Virus record (IMG/VR): IMGVR_UViG_3300042938_000185
Coordinates: 1 to 28,084 of that record
Length of the DNA: 28,084 nt
Strand: one strand, 5' to 3'
From: a virus
Lineage: Duplodnaviria; Caudoviricetes
The position numbers were made by a program, and so were the translations under genes. Positions within the stretch are counted from its first letter, which is position 1. The number at the start of each line of letters is the position of its first letter. Of this stretch, positions 10,001-16,229 are shown piece by piece. Below the pieces are notes generated by a model. The model ran no database searches and was not told the origin of the DNA. It saw nothing but the letters and a program-made list of their open reading frames with translations.

Positions 10001-13000
10001 ACCTGGTGATAGAGTTATTGGTTCTGTACTTTCATCATCATATGCATTTATCGCAGAAACTGCAAGAAGTGTTACTGGATTTGATTCGGCATCATTATCA
10101 GCATTAACTGATATTCAAAACTTAGTTAGAAATTCACAAACATCTTCAATGAGTGTGGCGTTTGCAGTTAATTCAACATTCGCACAAACTGCATCTTATG
10201 TAGCTAACTTAGGTGAATTGGATTTGACTAACTATGTTAAAAATTCAGTAACATCTTCAATGACTGTTGGTACGGCATCTTTAGCAATTACCGCATCATA
10301 CGCATTATTTGCACAAAACGCATCGAATGTAGATACAACAAACTTTATACAAAAAACACAAACAGCATCAATGTTTGTTGGTACTGCTTCATTAGCATAC
10401 ACAGCATCTTACGCAATGTTTGCATTATCTTCTGGAAATACTGATACGGCATCTTTCTTACAAATTAATAAAGACCAAACAATTAACGCATCGCTTACAA
10501 TTAGTGGTAGTATTGGTGTTAGTGGTAGTATAAGAATAGGTACATTAGCATCTGGTTCTTCTGATAATGTAGTTGTTTGGAATAGTGCAACAAAAATATT
10601 AGAAACACGAAGTGTAGCAGGTGTGCAAGGTTCTTCTGGCTCAGCCGGTTCGGCGGGTACATCTGGAACTGAAGGTTCGGCAGGTTCATCGGGAACTTCT
10701 GGAACTTCTGGAACGGAAGGGTCGGCAGGTACTTCAGGAACTTCTGGTACAAGTGGTAGTGAGGGTTCGTCTGGAACTTCTGGAACGGAGGGTTCAGCAG
10801 GTACTTCAGGAACTTCAGGAACTTCTGGTACGGAAGGTTCAGCAGGTACTTCAGGTACTTCAGGTACTTCTGGCACATCGGGAACAACTGGTAGTGAAGG
10901 TACATCAGGAACTTCTGGAACATCTGGCTCTACGGGTAGTGAAGGTACATCGGGAACTTCTGGAACAGCCGGTAGTAGTGGTACATCAGGAACTTCTGGT
11001 ACATCGGGAACATCTGGAACAAGCGGTACATCAGGAACTTCTGGAACAAGCGGTACTGCTGGTAGTAGTGGCACAAGTGGTTCATCGGGAACTTCTGGAA
11101 CAAGTGGTACATCGGGCTCTACTGGTAGTGCAGGTACATCGGGAACTTCTGGTAGTGGGGGTACTTCGGGAACAAGCGGAAGTAGTGGTAGTAGTGGTTC
11201 ATCGGGAACTTCTGGAACTACGGGAAGTGAAGGTACTTCAGGAACTTCTGGTTCAACCGGTACGGGAGGTTCATCGGGAACTTCTGGTTCAGCAGGAACT
11301 TCTGGGACGAGAGGAACAAGCGGTAGTGGTGGAACTTCTGGCACAAGCGGAACATCAGGTACAAGTGGTGGAGAAGGTTCTTCTGGAACAAGCGGTAGTG
11401 GTGGTTCATCTGGTACGGGAGGTTCTTCTGGAACTTCAGGCTCAGCAGGAACTTCAGGAACTTCTGGAACAAGTGGTAGTGATGGTATAAGTGGTACATC
11501 GGGAACTTCTGGAACGAGTGGTAGTAGTGGTACATCTGGTTCAACGGGTTCTTCTGGAACTTCTGGCACATCGGGAACTTCTGGCTCAACTGGTTCAGCA
11601 GGTACATCGGGAACTTCTGGAATTGATGGCACATCGGGAACTTCTGGCACAAGCGGCACATCAGGAACTTCAGGTACAACGGGAAGTGATGGAACGTCTG
11701 GAACAAGTGGTAGTGATGGTTCATCGGGAACTTCTGGTACAAGTGGCACATCAGGAACTTCAGGTACAACGGGAAGTGAAGGAACGTCTGGAACAAGCGG
11801 TACATCCGGAACAAGCGGTAGTGATGGAACTTCTGGAACAAGTGGTTCAACTGGTAGTGATGGTACAAGCGGTACGAGTGGTATTGGTACTGATGGAACG
11901 TCTGGAACAAGTGGTACATCAGGAACAAGCGGTACTGATGGAACTTCAGGAACAAGCGGAATAAGTGGTAGTGATGGAACTTCAGGAACAAGTGGTATAA
12001 ATGGAACGGATGGTACATCGGGAACTTCTGGTTCTGATGGAACTTCTGGAACAAGTGGTAGTGATGGAACTTCAGGAACTTCTGGTACAAATGGTAGTGA
12101 GGGAACTTCTGGAACATCAGGTACGTCAGGCTCCAACGGAACATCGGGCACAAGTGGTAGTAATGGCACAAGCGGTACATCGGGAACTTCTGGAACAAGT
12201 GGTATTGGTACTGATGGAACTTCAGGAACAAGCGGAATAAATGGAACGGATGGTACATCGGGAACTTCTGGTTCTGATGGAACTTCTGGAACGTCTGGTA
12301 GTAGTGGTACAAGCGGTACAAGTGGCACATCAGGAACTTCTGGTTTAGATGGAACATTCTTTGGTAGTAGTGGTACTTCGGGAACTTCTGGTACAAGTGG
12401 TTCAAGCGGTACAAGCGGTACATCAGGAACTTCTGGTTTAGATGGGACATATTTTGGTAGTAGTGGTACGAGTGGTATTGGTACTGATGGAACTTCGGGA
12501 ACTTCTGGTACAAGTGGAATCAATGGTAGTGATGGAACTTCTGGAACAAGTGGAATCAATGGTAGTGATGGAACGTCAGGAACTTCTGGTTTAGATGGAA
12601 CATTTTTTGGTAGTAATGGAACAAGTGGAGAGAATGGTACTTCAGGTACTTCTGGAGCAGGTACTTCGGGAACATCTGGTACAAGCGGTACATCAGGAAC
12701 TTCTGGTTTAGATGGGACATATTTTGGTAGTAGTGGTACAAGTGGAGAGAATGGTACTTCAGGAACTTCTGGAGCTGGAACTTCTGGCACATCGGGAACT
12801 TCGGGTACTTCAGGAACGTCTGGTATAGATGGAACATATTTTGGTTCATCTGGAACTTCTGGAAGTGATGGAACTTCGGGAACGTCTGGAGCAGGTACGT
12901 CTGGAACTTCTGGTATGGATGGAACATCAGGAACTTCTGGTTTAGATGGTACATATTTTGGTAGTAGTGGTACTAGTGGAGAAAGTGGTTCATCGGGAAC

Positions 13001-14186
13001 TTCTGGAGAGAGTGGTTCATCAGGAACTTCTGGAGAAAGTGGTTCATCCGGAACTTCAGGAACTTCTGGATTGGATGGTACACTATTTGGAAGTAGTGGT
13101 ACTTCAGGAACTTCTGGTACAAGTGGAAGTAGTGGAACTTCTGGTACATCAGGAACTTCTGGTTCTTCTGGATTGAATGGTACAATGTTTGGTTCTTCAG
13201 GAACTTCTGGTACATCCGGAACTTCTGGAATAAGTGGTACATCAGGAACGTCTGGTACAAGCGGTACGTCTGGGACGTCTGGATTGGATGGTACATTATT
13301 TGGTTCATCGGGTACTTCTGGAGTTAGTGGTACATCGGGAACGTCAGGTTCTTCTGGTACAAGTGGAACTTCGGGTACATCAGGAACTTCTGGAGTGAAT
13401 GGTACAATGTTTGGAAGCAGTGGAACTTCTGGAGCACAAGGAACTGGTGGGAGTGGAGGTTCTTCTGGTACTAGTGGTACATCATTTTATGGAGTTACAT
13501 CAGGAACTTCCGGAACATCAGGAATTAGTGGTACTAACGGTTTAGCTGGTACTTCTGGTACAAACGCTCCGGGATTTTCATCGGGAACTTCTGGTACATC
13601 TGGGCAAACTGGTACAAGCGGAACAAGTGGTACAAACGCTCCGGGATTTTCTTCTGGAACATCAGGAACTTCTGGATTAACTGGAACATCAGGAACGTCC
13701 GCACCTGGAATAACTTCTGGAACGTCTGGAACATCTGGATTTCAATTAACTGGTACAACTAATAATGGTTTACTTACATATGTTGATACACCTATTGGAG
13801 TTCAAGTAGAATCTGGAATATTATTTGATGGAACTACTTTATCGGTAACCGGTAATGTAGCATCTACAACATATAGAGAAACATATTCAAATCAAGGAAC
13901 TGGTGGAAGCGTAACATTAGATTTATCTACGGCAAATAACTTTAGAAGACAATTTAATGGTACTGCAACAATATCATTCTCAAATGCACCAGCATCAAAT
14001 GCATTTGGATTTACTTTAGTAGTTGTAAATGCTGGGGCCTTTTCTATAACATGGCCTGTTAATGTTGATTGGGCAGGTGGAAGTGCACCATTATTAACAT
14101 CGTCTGGAACTGATGTTTTAGCGTTCTATACTTATGATAATGGTACAACCTATTTAGGATTCACAACTGGTAAAAATTTAAGTTAA
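4032..14186 (+). CDS. Giant fibre/appendage protein (3384 aa): SGSVTAS beta-repeats, two cupredoxin-like domains, ~1040-aa Gly-X-Y tract, C-terminal beta domain
   Basis: Uninterrupted 10 kb ORF in a tail cluster. About 22 IxSGSxTASxSP repeats, a (GTS)n tract, and a C-terminal ITWPVNVDWAGGSAPLLT domain typical of phage fibre ends. Followed by an LRR protein and a fibre chaperone. Confidence 0.85.
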   Translation: MAISNLLTGRVRVVSPKNVTSDRYQFLDLSQAEPNLGVPPFSASLLTNPAIIVSDSDGNRGFAKKLFLEEFSGSFSGSFQGDGSGLRNVPSVVAPFIASGSATASFKSNGLNINTDTIIDGNLYVSKSIIADQIIVNIVSSSIIYSSGSNIFGNTDSNIQQFTGSVRIQSELIGNNITGSSFTGSFTGSFFGDGRDLFNLPQATRLSTGSVTASVSPQFGFKVESISSGSQFTGSLFVSGNVTADFYFGDGSNLLNVPSTVAPRIASGSVTASIAPNTGFIVNTFAQFEFPVSASMFSGSGRGLFDIPRSALTPDALTATLIATGSITASVSPNYGFKVEAGELGSQFTGSLFVSGGNIRVETGSFFSGSGAGLKDIPRSALTPDALLSTLITSGSVTASVSPNLGFQVISAESGSTFTGSLFVSGGIEINSGSSYSGSGERLFDIPIKALKDLDLTKISSGSATASISPDFGFRVNTFSTFSGSMIISASAVYYTSESLDTVFNVTNGADIAYSFTGAVSGPNPAINLVRGITYTFNINAAGQPFWIKTAISTGGGDLYNTGVTNNGAEVGTITFTVPNDAPNILYYNSEYQASMRGTINIVDSLVKRPAELKVIGYTNIIGDTSITGSLLVKDGATFKYWVSASVFTGSGAGLYDIPRSAFTGDSTRIASGSITASVSPDYGFRVETDLSGSTRYGSQFTGSVDVSASFRARDIITNLIFANEISGSDISGSFQGDGSRLTNINVPPQVATKIVSGSVTASVAPNIGFVVTSTELGSTLLGRVGISGSLFVSGNIELNSGSAFSGSGANLFNIPRTALTPDALLSTFIASGSVTASVSPNFGFKIESTEKGTQFSGSLFVSGAGIFLNSGSFSGSGKNLFDIPISALSNLDTSKIFSGSVTASVSPNRGFEVFAATSNFSGSISASVFSGSGAGLTNIPFSALSQELFRITSGSVTASVSPDTGFKVESSEIGSQFTGSLFVSGGYIRVETGSFFSGSGAGLNNIPRSALTLDALISTEIKSGSVTASVSPDDGFRVISIESGSQFSGSLFVSGGYIRVETGSFFSGSGAGLSDIPESALSFKINRIASGSATASISPDYGFRVNTFSAISGSFIVSSSARELAYSDIDTVFNVTNDGSNSYIISNRLVSGSNPTLTLVRNVNYTFNVNASGHPFLIKTQSGPGPSNTYTTWVTNNGDDVGVITFLVSGSAPDTLYYNCQFHGSMAGTINVVDALYVPAEIKLIGETKVEGNVTASMFSGSGKGLFDIPQSAISGDTVRIASGSVTASVSPNFGFRVASFVSGSDFSGSIRIDSSSFIYSLGTYLREIPRAALTEDALVSSEIKSGSVTASVSPDFGFRVTSPFSSSIDESGSFTTQIGSRFTGSISISGSLFVNDTSGGLFIESSSFIYGVGTYLRNIPRSALTEDALISTEIKSGSVTASVSPDFGFRVIATDIVSGSIFGSQFTGSVDVSGSIRAFTFLGDGSQLTNVVAAASPLIASGSATASVASGDTFIVTTGATGSGLDFQIGTRITGSVDISGSLKSQFFVGDGRFISNVQAAAAPFIGSGSATASVQSGDSFVVTTGATGSAIGSRFTGSIDVSGSVRAFTFIGDGSQLINVQASAAPLIASGSATASVQSGIQFIVTTKGNFSTVGSNSGSYYGSVFTGSVIISGSISASRYDGDGGGLFNIPASALEDLQLDRIQSGSGRAIIDPEKLDVNVPITAALYIGDGGGLFNIPANALQDLKLDRIISGSVQGVISPNKGLEVNTSVRIFSGSLTVSGSVFVSGGNVIVASGSTFIGDGSGLTNISLANISFETFILKSGSFTASISPDKGFVVNASASIWGDVYVGNNLRANKITGSTSIYSPIVSGGLLGTYTYQGNGPTASIDYDILRYDPTRGHYIPQPETSLTETVSFNNVSSLTIVHNLGIRYPMVQVYATGSEDQILPGTIKSIDDDTIQILFSGLTSGHAVIGSGGSLINGSIPGDRVIGSVLSSSYAFIAETARSVTGFDSASLSALTDIQNLVRNSQTSSMSVAFAVNSTFAQTASYVANLGELDLTNYVKNSVTSSMTVGTASLAITASYALFAQNASNVDTTNFIQKTQTASMFVGTASLAYTASYAMFALSSGNTDTASFLQINKDQTINASLTISGSIGVSGSIRIGTLASGSSDNVVVWNSATKILETRSVAGVQGSSGSAGSAGTSGTEGSAGSSGTSGTSGTEGSAGTSGTSGTSGSEGSSGTSGTEGSAGTSGTSGTSGTEGSAGTSGTSGTSGTSGTTGSEGTSGTSGTSGSTGSEGTSGTSGTAGSSGTSGTSGTSGTSGTSGTSGTSGTSGTAGSSGTSGSSGTSGTSGTSGSTGSAGTSGTSGSGGTSGTSGSSGSSGSSGTSGTTGSEGTSGTSGSTGTGGSSGTSGSAGTSGTRGTSGSGGTSGTSGTSGTSGGEGSSGTSGSGGSSGTGGSSGTSGSAGTSGTSGTSGSDGISGTSGTSGTSGSSGTSGSTGSSGTSGTSGTSGSTGSAGTSGTSGIDGTSGTSGTSGTSGTSGTTGSDGTSGTSGSDGSSGTSGTSGTSGTSGTTGSEGTSGTSGTSGTSGSDGTSGTSGSTGSDGTSGTSGIGTDGTSGTSGTSGTSGTDGTSGTSGISGSDGTSGTSGINGTDGTSGTSGSDGTSGTSGSDGTSGTSGTNGSEGTSGTSGTSGSNGTSGTSGSNGTSGTSGTSGTSGIGTDGTSGTSGINGTDGTSGTSGSDGTSGTSGSSGTSGTSGTSGTSGLDGTFFGSSGTSGTSGTSGSSGTSGTSGTSGLDGTYFGSSGTSGIGTDGTSGTSGTSGINGSDGTSGTSGINGSDGTSGTSGLDGTFFGSNGTSGENGTSGTSGAGTSGTSGTSGTSGTSGLDGTYFGSSGTSGENGTSGTSGAGTSGTSGTSGTSGTSGIDGTYFGSSGTSGSDGTSGTSGAGTSGTSGMDGTSGTSGLDGTYFGSSGTSGESGSSGTSGESGSSGTSGESGSSGTSGTSGLDGTLFGSSGTSGTSGTSGSSGTSGTSGTSGSSGLNGTMFGSSGTSGTSGTSGISGTSGTSGTSGTSGTSGLDGTLFGSSGTSGVSGTSGTSGSSGTSGTSGTSGTSGVNGTMFGSSGTSGAQGTGGSGGSSGTSGTSFYGVTSGTSGTSGISGTNGLAGTSGTNAPGFSSGTSGTSGQTGTSGTSGTNAPGFSSGTSGTSGLTGTSGTSAPGITSGTSGTSGFQLTGTTNNGLLTYVDTPIGVQVESGILFDGTTLSVTGNVASTTYRETYSNQGTGGSVTLDLSTANNFRRQFNGTATISFSNAPASNAFGFTLVVVNAGAFSITWPVNVDWAGGSAPLLTSSGTDVLAFYTYDNGTTYLGFTTGKNLS
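5530..5850 (+). other. Degenerate cupredoxin-like domain (within the fibre CDS)
   Basis: Paralogue of 7420-7740 with GQPF ... LYYNSEYQASMRGTINI: H>Q (5661), C>S (5799), H>Q (5808); only Met (5817) is retained. Confidence 0.6.
7420..7740 (+). other. Cupredoxin-like domain with intact putative type-1 copper ligands (within the fibre CDS)
   Basis: GHPF (His codon at 7554) ... LYYNCQFHGSMAGTINV (Cys 7692, His 7701, Met 7710). This matches the H...C-x2-H-xn-M pattern of plastocyanin/amicyanin-type sites. Confidence 0.65.
10620..13739 (+). repeat. Gly-X-Y (mainly Gly-Thr-Ser) low-complexity tract, ~1040 aa
   Basis: Gly at every third residue. Degenerate 9-bp units such as ggaacttct, ggtacatcg, ggaacaagt. 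Periodic interruptions in the distal part. Confidence 0.97.
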
Positions 14187-14190
14187 AGCT

Positions 14191-15093
14191 ATGGGAATAT
14201 TTAGAAGATTAGTAGAATCAGATGCATCGCAGGTTTTTCCTTTTGTATTTAAAGTAACAACAACTACTGCAAGTACAGTGTTTACTTGTCCTTTGGTAGA
14301 TTATGGTGGATTGACACCATCTTTATATATTAATTGGGGAGATGGAAATACATCACCATTAATAACAGCATCAAATTCAGCAAATAGAATTCATACATAC
14401 GCAAGTGTAGGAACTTACATAATTACTATAAGTGGATTTATGCCAGGATTTTCAGTAAATAATAATTCAGCAATTAGAAATCTTATTACTGAAATAGTAC
14501 AATTTGGAATAGTTGGGTTAAGAACAATTAATTTTTATGGTTGTCAAAACGTAACATCAATACCAAGCAGCGCATCTTTAAGTGCAGTGGGTGGATATAC
14601 TGGATTGGATGAAGTAGTATCTTTTTCCGGATTCATGCAAGCAACTAGAATTACATCAATACCAGCTGATATGTTTCAATATTCTACAAAAGCAACAACA
14701 TTTTCAAACACTTTTGCATCTGTATTAACATTAACAACAGTTCCATCTGGATTATTTAATAATGTACCAAACGTAACAACATTTGCATCTTGCTTTTTTG
14801 GTTGCACCGCACTAACATCAGTACCTTCTGATTTGTTTGACCAAAATACAACCGCTGTAAACTTTTCTGGTACTTTTTATAATTGTAGAGCACTTACAAA
14901 TGTATTACAATTTACATATAATACAAGCGTAACTATTTTTAATAATGTATATAATATGAGTAGTACGGTAAATTCATTATCTGGTACTGCTCCGGAAATT
15001 TGGAATAGAATACCAATTCCAGCCGGTACTAACGCATTTAATAATTGTACTGGATTAACAAATTTTGCATCAATACCTTCAACTTTTAAATAA
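14191..15093 (+). CDS. BspA-like leucine-rich-repeat protein with N-terminal PKD-like domain; putative fibre-tip adhesin
   Basis: YINWGDG..HTYASVGTYIITISG is PKD-like. 25-aa repeats: ITSIPADMFQY..TTFSNTF, LTTVPSGLFNN..TTFASCFFGC, LTSVPSDLFDQ..NFSGTFYNC. Starts 4 nt after the fibre stop. Confidence 0.75.
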   Translation: MGIFRRLVESDASQVFPFVFKVTTTTASTVFTCPLVDYGGLTPSLYINWGDGNTSPLITASNSANRIHTYASVGTYIITISGFMPGFSVNNNSAIRNLITEIVQFGIVGLRTINFYGCQNVTSIPSSASLSAVGGYTGLDEVVSFSGFMQATRITSIPADMFQYSTKATTFSNTFASVLTLTTVPSGLFNNVPNVTTFASCFFGCTALTSVPSDLFDQNTTAVNFSGTFYNCRALTNVLQFTYNTSVTIFNNVYNMSSTVNSLSGTAPEIWNRIPIPAGTNAFNNCTGLTNFASIPSTFK

Positions 15094-15094
15094 T

Positions 15095-15538
15095 ATGTAT
15101 TTACGAATTATAAACGATACGATTAACTATCCTTATACTATTAACGAGTTAAGAAATTCATATCCAAATACAAGCTTACCATCTGAATTAACTGATGAAG
15201 CTTTGATTGAATGGGATATGCATGTAGTACAACCAACTCCAATGCCGGTTGATTACACAAAAAATATTACCGAAGGAACTCCTACTTTAATTGATGGGGT
15301 TTATTATAAAAGTTGGAATCAAACTAATGCTACTTCCGAAGAAATTTCTTATAGAATAGAAAATCAATGGGAAGAAGTAAGAGTATTAAGAAATCAATTA
15401 TTATCTGAGTGTGATTGGACACAATTAGCAGATATACCAACTGAAACGAAAGAATTGTGGACATCATATAGAGCACAATTAAGAGATATTACATCTCAAT
15501 CCAATCCTTTTTCTATTAACTGGCCTGTGAAACCTTAA
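15095..15538 (+). CDS. Phage tail fibre assembly chaperone
   Basis: C-terminal WEEVRVLRNQLLSECDWTQLADIP..WTSYRAQLRDIT..WPVKP is the typical tail assembly chaperone signature. ATG 15095, just after the upstream TAA, is preferred over TTG 15065. Confidence 0.85.
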   Translation: MYLRIINDTINYPYTINELRNSYPNTSLPSELTDEALIEWDMHVVQPTPMPVDYTKNITEGTPTLIDGVYYKSWNQTNATSEEISYRIENQWEEVRVLRNQLLSECDWTQLADIPTETKELWTSYRAQLRDITSQSNPFSINWPVKP

Positions 15539-15552
15539 AAGGAAATTATTTT

Positions 15553-15561
15553 ATATTTATA
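15553..15561 (+). promoter_or_regulatory. ATATTTATA motif, putative late promoter
   Basis: Intergenic, ending 27 nt upstream of ATG 15589; recurrent motif. Confidence 0.55.
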
Positions 15562-15588
15562 CCTATAACAAAAAGTATATAAATATAA

Positions 15589-15867
15589 ATGGTAATACAT
15601 AGTCCAATATTTTCTGGTTCAATTACACAAGCTTCAAATGCGTACGCAAATTTAAGTGGTTCATTTACTGGGTCCTTTACTGGTTCATTTAAGGGTACTA
15701 TTGATGTGTCACAAGCATCATTTGATTATCTTAATGTAAATCAAAGATTATCAGTAAGCGGCTCCCAAAGTATTACGGGTTCAATATATTTAACTCAAGG
15801 TGGGTTTTTGGTAGATGGTGTAAACGTATTAGACTCTGCAATAGCATTTGCAATAGCATTAGGATAA
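15589..15867 (+). CDS. Small fibre-associated structural protein (92 aa)
   Basis: Contains SGSFTGSFTGSF, shared with the N-terminal region of the giant fibre. Ends in the hydrophobic AIAFAIALG tail often seen in phage fibre-base proteins. Confidence 0.7.
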   Translation: MVIHSPIFSGSITQASNAYANLSGSFTGSFTGSFKGTIDVSQASFDYLNVNQRLSVSGSQSITGSIYLTQGGFLVDGVNVLDSAIAFAIALG

Positions 15868-15880
15868 AAAATAAAACAAA

Positions 15881-16213
15881 ATGGCAAATACATTTAAAAA
15901 TAGTATAACAAGTTCAATAGGAATAACAGGTGTAAAAGTATATGAAGCACCGGTAGGAACTGCAGCAACAATAATTGGTGTAAACGTAGCAAATACGGCA
16001 ACACAAAATATATCTGTAAGTGTAATGCTTAGAGATAATGCTGGTAACAAATGTGTATATTTAGTAAAGAATGCTTTGATTGTACAGGGTAGTTCAAATG
16101 TTATGGTGGGTGGTGAGCAAAAAGTTGTATTAGAGGCTACTGACTTTATTTCAGTTACATCATCATTAGCAGCTTCGGCAGATGTAATTGTTTCGGTATT
16201 AGAATTGACATAA
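15881..16213 (+). CDS. Conserved small phage beta-sandwich protein (MANTFKN.. type), putative adaptor
   Basis: 110 aa with alternating hydrophobic strands: VYEAPVGTAATIIGVNVAN..KVVLEATD..VIVSVLE. Paralogue of 3047-3964. Confidence 0.75.
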   Translation: MANTFKNSITSSIGITGVKVYEAPVGTAATIIGVNVANTATQNISVSVMLRDNAGNKCVYLVKNALIVQGSSNVMVGGEQKVVLEATDFISVTSSLAASADVIVSVLELT

Positions 16214-16229
16214 TAAAAAGATATATTAA

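Noticed and set aside
10409-12790. 793-aa minus-strand ORF of PEV/PDV/PLV repeats
   Set aside because: Antisense shadow of the GTS codons, which are stop-free on the reverse strand by construction; it coincides with the repeat and has no independent signals.
15065-15094. TTG start for the chaperone gene
   Set aside because: It overlaps the LRR gene; ATG at 15095 right after the stop is more plausible.
15552-15587. Inverted repeat TATATTTATA..TATAAATATA including a sense TATAAATA at 15578-15585
   Set aside because: Purely A/T, only 3 nt from the ATG and not repeated at other genes; likely chance.
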